The position numbers were made by a program, and so were the translations under genes. From Phycisphaerales bacterium (lineage in GTDB: Bacteria > Planctomycetota > Phycisphaerae > Phycisphaerales > SM1A02), in the NCBI GenBank assembly GCA_022446795.1, contig JAKVBX010000005.1, positions 37,085 through 101,084 of the forward strand: a DNA stretch of 64,000 nucleotides. The letters run 5' to 3'. Positions 1 to 7,410 of this stretch are shown here, piece by piece. Under the pieces are notes generated by a model. The model worked only from the letters and a program-made list of their open reading frames with translations, was not told the DNA's origin and made no database searches. The first letter of the stretch is position 1, and each line of letters opens with the position of its first letter.

Positions 1-679
1 CGCCGCCGTTCTCGGAGCCCGGCTCGGCGAATGGATTCAGGAAGATCGACCCCGAGGCCTCAGCCAGGTGGCTGGCCTGGCGACTTCCGGTCGTGAGGGA
101 ACCGGGGCGAAGTTCAGCGGTGTAGAGCGTGCCGCCCTCGAGGCTCGTCGTGCCGGTCCTGGGATCCGCGGAAATCCGCACGTCGAAGGGCGTACCGGGA
201 ACGATCTCCGGTCGACGCCCGGAGATGGGTGGTGTCCGGAATCGACCGACGGCCGCGGGTGGCATGACGCCTTCCACGACGACGACCGCGGTATCCGTCG
301 AGTTGAGCATCTCCTCCGCATTCAAGTGACCGAAGCCCATGGTCTCCGAGCCGACGCCTCGCCGTTCCATCTCGGAGATCATGTGAGCCCGGATGTTGGG
401 GGGGATGTCGCTGGAGCCTGTTCCATCCAGTCCGACGACGAGCCCGTACCCCCGGACAACCAGGGGTTGATAGGTGTCACTGGTGCGATCCGAATAGCCC
501 ACGATGACCGTCTCGGCACCGACGGTGCCACGGACGATATTGGGCACGTCGAAGTCGGACACCCGCTTCACCGATGAGGGCTTGGGCCGCGGCGTGGCCC
601 GCTCGATGGGATCACAGCCCATGATTGCAGCCAGGCTGACGGCCAGCAGGGGCACCAGGATGGACGATCGGGTCGCCAT
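1..679 (-). CDS. flgI: flagellar P-ring protein FlgI-like, N-terminal part (gene continues past the window start)
   Basis: This minus-strand frame is open to the window edge, so it is absent from the ORF track. The ATG is at 677-679. The translation starts MATRSSILVPLLAVSLAAIMGCDP (signal/lipobox-like). It then contains VRGYGLVVGLDGTGSSD and SLEGGTLYTAEL, which match the GYGLVVGL-GTGD and SL-GGTL blocks of FlgI. Confidence 0.55.
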   Translation of the reverse strand, partial: MATRSSILVPLLAVSLAAIMGCDPIERATPRPKPSSVKRVSDFDVPNIVRGTVGAETVIVGYSDRTSDTYQPLVVRGYGLVVGLDGTGSSDIPPNIRAHMISEMERRGVGSETMGFGHLNAEEMLNSTDTAVVVVEGVMPPAAVGRFRTPPISGRRPEIVPGTPFDVRISADPRTGTTSLEGGTLYTAELRPGSLTTGSRQASHLAEASGSIFLNPFAEPGSENGG

Positions 680-811
680 GGGAATCGCGCAGTGTATCTC
701 CTGAACGGTCCTTGTCCGCGATGCAGGCGGAACTTGGGGTTGTTGTGCAGGGGGTGGCGGCCCGGGCCCCGCCTCCAGGGGTCCACGAGCGGGGTGAGCC
801 CCGGTGAGAAG

Positions 812-831
812 GCCCTGGTGGGGGCCAGGGC
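812..831 (-). terminator. GC hairpin just 3' of tRNA-Val (candidate terminator or processing stem)
   Basis: The minus strand reads GCCCTGG-CCCCCA-CCAGGGC, a 7-bp stem with a 6-nt loop. It begins 6 nt after the tRNA 3' end and is followed by CTTCTC. There is no long U tract. Confidence 0.35.
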
Positions 832-837
832 TTCCAA

Positions 838-911
838 TGGGCGATGCCGGACTCGAACCAGCGACTTCCTCGGTGTAAACGAGGCGCTCTAGCCAACTGA
901 GCTAATCGCCC
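838..911 (-). tRNA. tRNA-Val (anticodon TAC)
   Basis: The reverse complement GGGCGATTAGCTCAGTTGGCTAGAGCGCCTCGTTTACACCGAGGAAGTCGCTGGTTCGAGTCCGGCATCGCCCA folds as a 74-nt cloverleaf. It has a 7-bp acceptor stem, a D arm GCTC/GAGC, an anticodon stem CCTCG/CGAGG with loop TTTACAC, and a T arm GCTGG-TTCGAGT-CCGGC. CCA is not encoded. Confidence 0.92.
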
Positions 912-1138
912 GTGAACCGGTCATGGTAGCAGCGGCGTGCAGGAGTTCGTGAGATCGCGATCGAGGGCCGATAACGGACCCGTCAGCCGGGGTCCGACGT
1001 ATCAAAAACGACATGTTTCGGTTCAGGTTGAAATCCCCGGAGCCGATGGTGATCGTCGGTGGGGGCCGCCGTGGCCTGCACAGAACTCGAACCGGGTCGC
1101 CAAGACCTGCGATCCGCAACCAGACGGAAAGACCTGCC

Positions 1139-1330
1139 ATGAACGCATCACACTCTCCGATGTTCGACGTCTCAGTCAGCACCCGCATCATCAAACTCCA
1201 GGGCAACGCGGCCGCCCCATGGGTCGTGTGCACGCTCGATGCCGTGCCCGTCATCCTGGCCCGCTTCGAGAACCGCGCCGCGGCCGAAGCCTGGCAACAG
1301 GGACTGTCCAGTCGCCGCCAGGCAGCCTGA
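1139..1330 (+). CDS. small hypothetical protein (63 aa)
   Basis: Internal ATG of ORF 1013..1330. The translation is MNASHSPMFDVSVSTRIIKLQGNAAAPWVVCTLDAVPVILARFENRAAAEAWQQG. It has no recognisable motif and lies in a 475-nt gap convergent with the ATPase gene. Confidence 0.25.
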   Translation: MNASHSPMFDVSVSTRIIKLQGNAAAPWVVCTLDAVPVILARFENRAAAEAWQQGLSSRRQAA

Positions 1331-1386
1331 CAGTCGACAGCCAATTCAATTGATCCCGTGCAGCGGTACTCGCGACCTCTCGATGG

Positions 1387-4300
1387 TCAGCGCGAGAGCC
1401 GTTGTGCCTGCTGAAGCAGCCACGCTTCTTCCGCGAGACCCCACGGTCGGAACTTCTCGACCTGGCCCAGGTCTTCGCTGTGAAGCAGTGCGCGGTTGGA
1501 GCCGAGGCGGCCCGCGGCGGTCGAGTCGATCACCTGGCTGGAATCCATCTGGCTCATCTGGAACAGCACGCGGTTTTCGAACTCGCGTTGTGCGCCCCGA
1601 TCGAGGAACCGTGACAGGTTGTTGACGGTGTCGATCCAGGTGATGACATGCATTCCCACGGCAGGTCCGTCGCGGAGGATGGAGGCGACGATGGCATCGG
1701 GCTTGGGTGGTCCATCGTCGCTCGAGAACGAGAAGTCGTCCTCGTTGCGGCGGAGTGCTCGCCAGTTCTGCATGGCCGTGATGAAGAGGTAGAGCGGCGG
1801 ATGGTCCGACCGGGGGTTCTCCAGTCGCCGTCCCAGTTCGGCATGCAGGGCCACCAGGGTGTCTTCCAGTTCGTGCTCCTTGACGCTGCGGTGCTCGTGC
1901 GGGAGCGCGTCGGCGAGTCGCTCGAGGCGACCATTGGTGGGGCCGAAGCCGTCGAAGAGCGCAAATGTCGGGTCGCCATGCGGGGTCGCCTGTGCCGCCA
2001 GGGCGAGCATGACGGATTCGAGGATCGCGGCGGCGGACTCCTCGTGTTGTCCCAGCAGGAGGAGGTTGGCGCCGGTGCGGCGGGCGAGGCTGACGGTGGT
2101 GGGTGGCTTGATGGCGACGGCATCCCCCAGCCACGCGTGGGATTGATCGCTGTCAGCAGCCGGCGAGGCCAGCAGTGCCTCCAGGGGCTGGCAGTCAGCG
2201 AGGTCGGCGGCAATGTGTCCCCGGAACACGAATGGCGTATGGGTACGGCCTTGTTCACTGGCCCTGTGATGGAGGTCCTTGAGGCAGTCATCCCGCTGGG
2301 CCTCGTCGAGCCAGACGATCTGGAAGGGATTGTTGCCCTCGTACTTGCCACCGGCATCGTTGTAGATCGCATCCCCGGGTCGGGTCAGCAGTCTCGCGGC
2401 GGGGTTGTCTTCGGCGAGGATCAGATACGAGTCGGCTTCGGAACACTGCAGCGCAATGCGGACGCCCATCTGACCCATGGTGCTTCGCGCGAGCGAATAC
2501 ACGCCATCGAGTGTCTGCGATCCCAGCAGGGCATGCATGCCGAAGGCTCGGCCCTGGCGAACCAGTCGATCCAGCAGCAGCGATGCTTCCTGTGCGACCA
2601 TGTCATCTTCCACGAAGATCTCCTGGAACTCGTCGACGACCAGCAGAACGCGGGGCAGGGGCTCGCCGCTGGCGGCCCGGTAGCCCTCGAGATCCTGCAC
2701 CCCCAGCTTGCGGTAGAGCTCGCCGCGTCGCTTGAGTTCGTCGTCGATGCGCTGCAGCACGCTGAGCCCGAACTCACGATCGGACTCGATGGCGATGACC
2801 TGGGCATGGGGCAGCGCGTGGGTGTCGTAGACCTGGAACTCGACACCCTTCTTGAAGTCCACGAGGTAGAACTCGATCTCGTCCGGGGAGTGCCACATCG
2901 CGAGATTGGTGACCAGCACGTGCATCAGGGTGGACTTGCCGGACCCGGTCTTGCCCGCCACGAGGGCATGCTGGGCCGTGCCTCGCCCAAGTCGCAGATC
3001 CTGTGTCCGCTTGGCGCCGTGTTGTCCCAGGGCCACGCGGATCTCCCGGGCGGTGGAGCCGGTCCAGATCTCATCGGGCCGCGGCTTGATGAGATCGAAT
3101 GGCACCTCGACGCGATGCGTCGCCTCCGAGGCATCTCGCAACTTGCGGAGGATCGTGTTGGCCAGGGCATCGGGCATGTCCTCGCCGAGCCGGATGGGCA
3201 GGTCCTCGAATCCATTGTTCCGGAGGTGCCAGCCGTTGTCGCTGCTTCGAAGCACGATCATGCCATCATGGATGTCCGTCTCGTGGAGTCCCTGTGGCAA
3301 CGGGCGTCGCAGGTCACGCAGCAGGATCGCGTAGACGCCACAACGGGTTCCACTTCGCAGGATGCTCATGAGTCGCTTCGTGGCCTGCTCGTTCAGGTTG
3401 CCCGGGAAGTCGGCCATCACCAGGAAGCGATACGGCTCGGCGATCTGTCCCGCGTGACGGTTGTAATCGTCGATGGTCTCGTACTCGTTCCGCAGGTATC
3501 GCTGGATGACATCCTCCATGTGGGATGTCAACTGGAACAACTGTTCCTCGATGTGCTTGGACTCGCTGTAGATCTGCTCCAGGACCTGGCCTTCGTCTAC
3601 GTCGGCCAGGTGCATGAAGCCTGCGAAACTCTCGCCCAGCCCGACCGGGTCAAGCAGCGTGAGCCTTGCCTTGCCCGGTGGAACGGCCGCGAGCAGTCGC
3701 AGGACGGTCGAACGGGCAGCGGCCAATGCTTCATCTCGAGTGTCGGGTTCGAACTCGATGATCGTCGAGACCTGGCTGGGCAGGCTCAGCAGGAGCGGCA
3801 GCGTGGCCAGCGGGGGCCCCTCCCAGGGGAAGGGCGTGTTGTTGGAGAGGGGATCGGTAATGGTGGCGATGTTGAAGTCCACCTCGGCCAGGGCCGCCAT
3901 GACCTCGGTCGAGGTCCCCGGCTCCCAGGCCTGCCATGAGGGGTTGTCCCACTGCAGCGGCGAGACATCACGAAGTCTCGTGAGGAGGTCGAGGTCTCGG
4001 CAGAAGCCCATGCTGGCCTCGTTCCATTCCATGGTCAGCCGGCCGCGGATCTCCATGACCGCTGACTCGGCGGCCTGCTGTTCATCCTGCGTTTCCGAGT
4101 CGAGCCGGTGCACCGCCTGCTCGTATCGCTGCTCGATCCGCTTCAGCTGAGTGTTCTCATCCCGTTCCTGCTGTTCCATCTCGGCCGCGTGCCGCTGTCG
4201 GACGTTCTCGATCTTCTCGTCCAACTTGGATTCCAGGCGATCGTGGAACTTCTGTCGGCTGGGCTCGACATGCCCCACCCGTGGTTCCGCGCGATCCCGC

Positions 4301-5058
4301 ACGCCACTGACGACTTGATCGCGTGTCTTTTCCGCCTGGTTGATGATGGCGTCGTGCTTGGACTCCAGCGCCTTGATGACGTCGGCGGCCTTGCCTTCCA
4401 GTGCTTTCACACGGGCACGATCCACGGCGGCATTCTTTCGCAAGCGGGCCCGCCAACTGATCCTGGCCAGCGGCCGCATGGCGCTTGGCGGTGCGTACTT
4501 GGACTGCAACTCCCGGAGCTCCTCGAGGATCTGAGCGGGCTTGATGGTGCCGGCATCAGTCTCGGGAGCCGTGCCCGCGTCGGCGGGGATCAGATCATCC
4601 AATTCCCGGGCCAGGCGCTCGACGGCTTCGTACTGCTTGCGGGCGTCCCGGAGCGCCCGCTTGGCGGCGTCGACCTTGCCCTCGTAGAGGCTCTCGGCCA
4701 TCCATTCGTTGTCCGCGGCCTTGCTCTCGAACCGCTTCAGCTTGCGATTGGCGGCGTGGTCAATCTGTTGTTCGATGGCCTCCGCCTGCTTTTCGAATCG
4801 CACCAGGTCCTCGTCACGCTTCTCGTCGATGCCCCGGCGTGCGACCCGGGCGTCATGCCGGGCTTCCTCCATGTCGCGATCCCGTGTCTCCTCCAACTGC
4901 GTTCGCTCCTCGCGTTGACGCAAGGTGGCGGCGGAGGACCGGCGTTCGAATTCCGACTGCGCGCCGTGGAAACTGTCCTGGAGGCGCAAGGCCGTCTGTT
5001 TCAGGCCGACGACCAGTTCCATCAGGCGTTGGAGTGGTGGGGTTGGAGGCGACGTCAT
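1387..5058 (-). CDS. FtsK/SpoIIIE-family ATPase with a long N-terminal coiled coil and no TM anchor (EccC/EssC-like)
   Basis: Walker A VAGKTGSGKST is encoded near 2929-2955 and Walker B LLVVDEFQE near 2626-2646. Flanking degenerate P-loop-like modules are LLDPVGLGESF near 3640 and LLLLGQHEESAA near 2050. The first roughly 335 residues are charged heptad-like sequence. I prefer the start ATG at 5058, which has GAGGA 7 nt upstream. The longest ORF starts at 5154. Confidence 0.9.
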   Translation of the reverse strand: MTSPPTPPLQRLMELVVGLKQTALRLQDSFHGAQSEFERRSSAATLRQREERTQLEETRDRDMEEARHDARVARRGIDEKRDEDLVRFEKQAEAIEQQIDHAANRKLKRFESKAADNEWMAESLYEGKVDAAKRALRDARKQYEAVERLARELDDLIPADAGTAPETDAGTIKPAQILEELRELQSKYAPPSAMRPLARISWRARLRKNAAVDRARVKALEGKAADVIKALESKHDAIINQAEKTRDQVVSGVRDRAEPRVGHVEPSRQKFHDRLESKLDEKIENVRQRHAAEMEQQERDENTQLKRIEQRYEQAVHRLDSETQDEQQAAESAVMEIRGRLTMEWNEASMGFCRDLDLLTRLRDVSPLQWDNPSWQAWEPGTSTEVMAALAEVDFNIATITDPLSNNTPFPWEGPPLATLPLLLSLPSQVSTIIEFEPDTRDEALAAARSTVLRLLAAVPPGKARLTLLDPVGLGESFAGFMHLADVDEGQVLEQIYSESKHIEEQLFQLTSHMEDVIQRYLRNEYETIDDYNRHAGQIAEPYRFLVMADFPGNLNEQATKRLMSILRSGTRCGVYAILLRDLRRPLPQGLHETDIHDGMIVLRSSDNGWHLRNNGFEDLPIRLGEDMPDALANTILRKLRDASEATHRVEVPFDLIKPRPDEIWTGSTAREIRVALGQHGAKRTQDLRLGRGTAQHALVAGKTGSGKSTLMHVLVTNLAMWHSPDEIEFYLVDFKKGVEFQVYDTHALPHAQVIAIESDREFGLSVLQRIDDELKRRGELYRKLGVQDLEGYRAASGEPLPRVLLVVDEFQEIFVEDDMVAQEASLLLDRLVRQGRAFGMHALLGSQTLDGVYSLARSTMGQMGVRIALQCSEADSYLILAEDNPAARLLTRPGDAIYNDAGGKYEGNNPFQIVWLDEAQRDDCLKDLHHRASEQGRTHTPFVFRGHIAADLADCQPLEALLASPAADSDQSHAWLGDAVAIKPPTTVSLARRTGANLLLLGQHEESAAAILESVMLALAAQATPHGDPTFALFDGFGPTNGRLERLADALPHEHRSVKEHELEDTLVALHAELGRRLENPRSDHPPLYLFITAMQNWRALRRNEDDFSFSSDDGPPKPDAIVASILRDGPAVGMHVITWIDTVNNLSRFLDRGAQREFENRVLFQMSQMDSSQVIDSTAAGRLGSNRALLHSEDLGQVEKFRPWGLAEEAWLLQQAQRLSR

Positions 5059-5095
5059 GCGGTGGTCCTCGATGCCGGATCCTAAACCGTTCCGG

Positions 5096-5371
5096 CTAGG
5101 CTGTCTCCCCGCCCTCGTCCGGTGTGGATCGCCGCTGGCTGTAGGGGGCGTCATCGTGGGTCGCCAGCACTCGGACCGCTTCCTCCATGACCTCGTGCAT
5201 CTGTTCCAACGCCGTCATGGCCGTGCGGACATCGTGGTGGAGGTTGCGGATGAAGCGTTGCTCGATTCGTTGGGACACGGGGTCGTCCCACGCCTCTCGC
5301 AACTGGTCCCAGGCCCGGGTCAGTTGCTGCGCCGCCGACATCACTTGTCGATTCGCAATCATCAGGCTCAT
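5096..5371 (-). CDS. small helical WXG100-like protein, W-x-D variant (91 aa)
   Basis: The motif LREAWDDPVSQRIEQRF parallels the hairpin motif of the 94-aa protein. The sequence looks all-helical with a polar C-tail. Its start overlaps the upstream stop by 4 nt (ATGA). Confidence 0.6.
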   Translation of the reverse strand: MSLMIANRQVMSAAQQLTRAWDQLREAWDDPVSQRIEQRFIRNLHHDVRTAMTALEQMHEVMEEAVRVLATHDDAPYSQRRSTPDEGGETA

Positions 5372-6003
5372 GGCGTGTCGTCCTCGGCAGGCTCGGGGGT
5401 CTCGGTAGCGGGTTCATCATCCTCGGTGGACTCTTCGCTCTCATCGATCTCGGTGCCACGGGAGAACGGGCTGATGGTCTCGCCCATCTCGCGGGCCCAG
5501 GCGTCGAAATCGGCCGGTGGGGTGGGCAACTTGAGGTATGAGTCCAGGTGCTTGGTGAGCACGTTGAGTCTCGCGACGAGCAGTTCCATGTCGGCTTCCA
5601 GCATGTTCGTCAGTGGTTGGAGCCCGGCTCTCAGCAGGTTGGACTGGTGGTCGATTCGGCGGCTCCACTTCTTGAGCAGTTCGAGCCGCTCTTCTGCTTC
5701 ACGCTGCTTGGCCCGCGCACGTTCCATGGCCTTTCGCTGTTCAAAGAACATCTGGGCGGTGTCATTCGGACGGGAGATCCGGGCCCGTTCCAGGTCGCTG
5801 CGGGCATTGTCGAGCGCGGCTTGCGCCTTGCGGATGCGTTGTCGCCAGACCAGCGGCTGCTCGGACTCGACCCAGTGCTGCATTCGCCGGACATCCTGGT
5901 AGACGCCGCTGACGCCACGCATCGTGCGAGAGCGGAATTGGACGACGGCGGCGCGGAACGTGTCAATCGCCTTGACCGAGGTGATCTTGGCCTGCTTGCT
6001 CAT
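5368..6003 (-). CDS. helical/coiled-coil protein with an acidic C-terminal tail (211 aa), function unknown
   Basis: A good-length ORF between the two WXG-like genes. The first roughly 165 residues look helical and rich in R/K/E/Q. The tail reads EIDESEESTEDDEPATETPEPAEDDTP. Confidence 0.7.
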   Translation of the reverse strand: MSKQAKITSVKAIDTFRAAVVQFRSRTMRGVSGVYQDVRRMQHWVESEQPLVWRQRIRKAQAALDNARSDLERARISRPNDTAQMFFEQRKAMERARAKQREAEERLELLKKWSRRIDHQSNLLRAGLQPLTNMLEADMELLVARLNVLTKHLDSYLKLPTPPADFDAWAREMGETISPFSRGTEIDESEESTEDDEPATETPEPAEDDTP

Positions 6004-6010
6004 GACGATA

Positions 6011-6295
6011 TCACCCCTGGTCGAGGTATTCCTGCGCCTTGTCCGCCTTGCGGATCAGGTATGGGACATGGTCAGTCGTGGCCTTGTTGAAGCGGACGAG
6101 CGAACGCATGGTCTGTTCGAACTCCTCCTGGAACTTCCGCTGCTCCTGGTCCCGCCAGGTTTCGCCGAGGGCGTTCAGCCGGGCGTTGATGTGATTCATG
6201 CCCTTCTCGAGTTCCTCGCGGAATCGAGCCAGTTCCCGGGCAAACCGCTTTACTTCTTCTGGTTCGACGATGACCTTGGCCATGTCTGCTCCCAT
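6011..6295 (-). CDS. WXG100 (ESAT-6/EsxA)-like protein, W-x-D variant (94 aa)
   Basis: MAKVIVEPEEVKRFAREL...ALGETWRDQEQRKFQEEFEQ resembles S. aureus EsxA from memory (IKMSPEEIRAKS...ANWEGQAFSRFEEQFQQ). The length of about 95 aa fits the family. An alternative start is at 6283. Confidence 0.8.
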   Translation of the reverse strand: MGADMAKVIVEPEEVKRFARELARFREELEKGMNHINARLNALGETWRDQEQRKFQEEFEQTMRSLVRFNKATTDHVPYLIRKADKAQEYLDQG

Positions 6296-6331
6296 CAGTG
6301 CGTTGGAGACCGGTTCAAGTATAGAGGGCGT

Positions 6332-6856
6332 CTAGGGCTGCCGGGCCTCATCACCGGGAAGATCGGTGCCTGTCGCATCGCCGGTCGCATTGCTGTTGCC
6401 CGATCCCGACCCGTATTGGAACAGGCGCGTCCAGGTTCCCTGGAGTTCGCCCAGCACCGTGCCACGCAGGACGACATGGCGGGCCATCGTGATGTCGACG
6501 CTGCCTTCGATCACGGTGCCGTCGGTGAACTCCAGGTCACCCCCGAGGAAGGCCACGTCGCCGGTGACCGTTCCCGAGATCGTGGCCTCATGCGCGGAGA
6601 TGGCCACGCTGGCCTGGGCGCCCTGCTCGAGGAACAGGGCTTCGCGGGCGTAGAAGTAGGTGTTGGTCGTGACCGGCTCCGTGACGGTGATGGTGTTGCC
6701 CTCGACGAGTTCGTAGCCCTGCTCGAGATACTGGCGTTCGTAGCCGGAGACCGTCGACCAGATCTGCCAGAAGCCATAGAGCACGGTGGCGCCACCGGTC
6801 GCGACCAACGCCAGCAGGACCCAGCAGCCCAGTTGCGATCGTCCACGCGTCGTCAT
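6332..6856 (-). CDS. membrane-anchored bactofilin-like (polymer-forming beta-helix) protein
   Basis: The N-terminal TM segment is LGCWVLLALVATGGATVLYGFW. It is followed by repetitive ATISGTVTGDVAFLGGDLEFTDGTVIEGSVDITMARHVVLRGTVLGEL, typical of the bactofilin/CcmA fold. The start ATG at 6856 overlaps the upstream stop (ATGA). Confidence 0.45.
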   Translation of the reverse strand: MTTRGRSQLGCWVLLALVATGGATVLYGFWQIWSTVSGYERQYLEQGYELVEGNTITVTEPVTTNTYFYAREALFLEQGAQASVAISAHEATISGTVTGDVAFLGGDLEFTDGTVIEGSVDITMARHVVLRGTVLGELQGTWTRLFQYGSGSGNSNATGDATGTDLPGDEARQP

Positions 6857-7401
6857 GGCGAGGCACTCCCTCGTTGGCTGTTTCGGCGGCGCAGCAGCCA
6901 CTGGTTCGCCACGATCAGCAGGATTGCGACGACAGGCAGCAGGAACCAGATCCACAACTGCAACGCCGGCGGGATCGGTTCACCGGCCTCCATCTGGAAG
7001 TTCACCCGTGACACCAGGTCACCTCGCATGGCCGCGGCATCGACCGACCACGGGCCAGGCGTGGGGAGTTCGAACTTGGCGCTGTACAACAGCCGGTTCG
7101 ACGCGGCTTCCCGGGTCGCCTCGACCAGGATGGACGAGACCTCGGTTTCCGGGTGTTCCAGCATCAGCGAGACCGTGGCGTCGAGTACCGGCGTATCGTT
7201 CTGGGCCTGCTGGACCAGGACCGACAGGTCCACTGGGCCAGCTCGCAGCGGCGTGGGCTCGCTGAATACCGTGAGTCGCCAGGGCCCGTCGATGGCGGAA
7301 GCTCGAACGATGCCACTGTCAGCCATCACGCCGAGCGGGATCGCGACCAGGAGCAGCGTGATGAGCAGGATCGGGCGGGACATGGATGGTGAGCCTATCA
7401 C
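6853..7401 (-). CDS. FixH/YtkA-like exported protein with a C-terminal TM anchor
   Basis: The signal peptide is MSRPILLITLLLVAIPLGVMA. The beta-rich domain reads GPWRLTVFSEPTPLRAGPVDLSVLVQ...FELPTPGPWSV. The C-terminal TM is LWIWFLLPVVAILLIV. It sits directly after the CcoG/FixG-like gene. An alternative start is at 7383. Confidence 0.4.
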   Translation of the reverse strand: MIGSPSMSRPILLITLLLVAIPLGVMADSGIVRASAIDGPWRLTVFSEPTPLRAGPVDLSVLVQQAQNDTPVLDATVSLMLEHPETEVSSILVEATREAASNRLLYSAKFELPTPGPWSVDAAAMRGDLVSRVNFQMEAGEPIPPALQLWIWFLLPVVAILLIVANQWLLRRRNSQRGSASP

Positions 7402-7410
7402 GACGCCGGT

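Noticed and set aside
838-911. tRNA-Val as the attachment site of a genomic island carrying the WXG/FtsK cassette.
   Set aside because: I saw no integrase, recombinase or transposase, and no repeated copy of the tRNA 3' segment. The cassette lies on the 5' side of the tRNA and is continuous with core respiratory genes. Its codon and GC texture looks like that of the neighbours.
1648-3939. A 763-aa plus-strand ORF, plus several shorter ones, lies antisense to the FtsK-like ATPase gene.
   Set aside because: It has no recognisable motifs and a low-complexity G/R/A/L-rich composition. It lies entirely inside a gene with clear Walker motifs on the other strand, which is the typical long antisense ORF of GC-rich DNA.
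5368-6003. The 211-aa helical protein as a PspA/Vipp1/ESCRT-III-type membrane-remodelling protein, because of similar length and coiled-coil character.
   Set aside because: It has no resemblance to the PspA N-terminal amphipathic helix or its conserved helical-hairpin sequence. Similarity is limited to composition.
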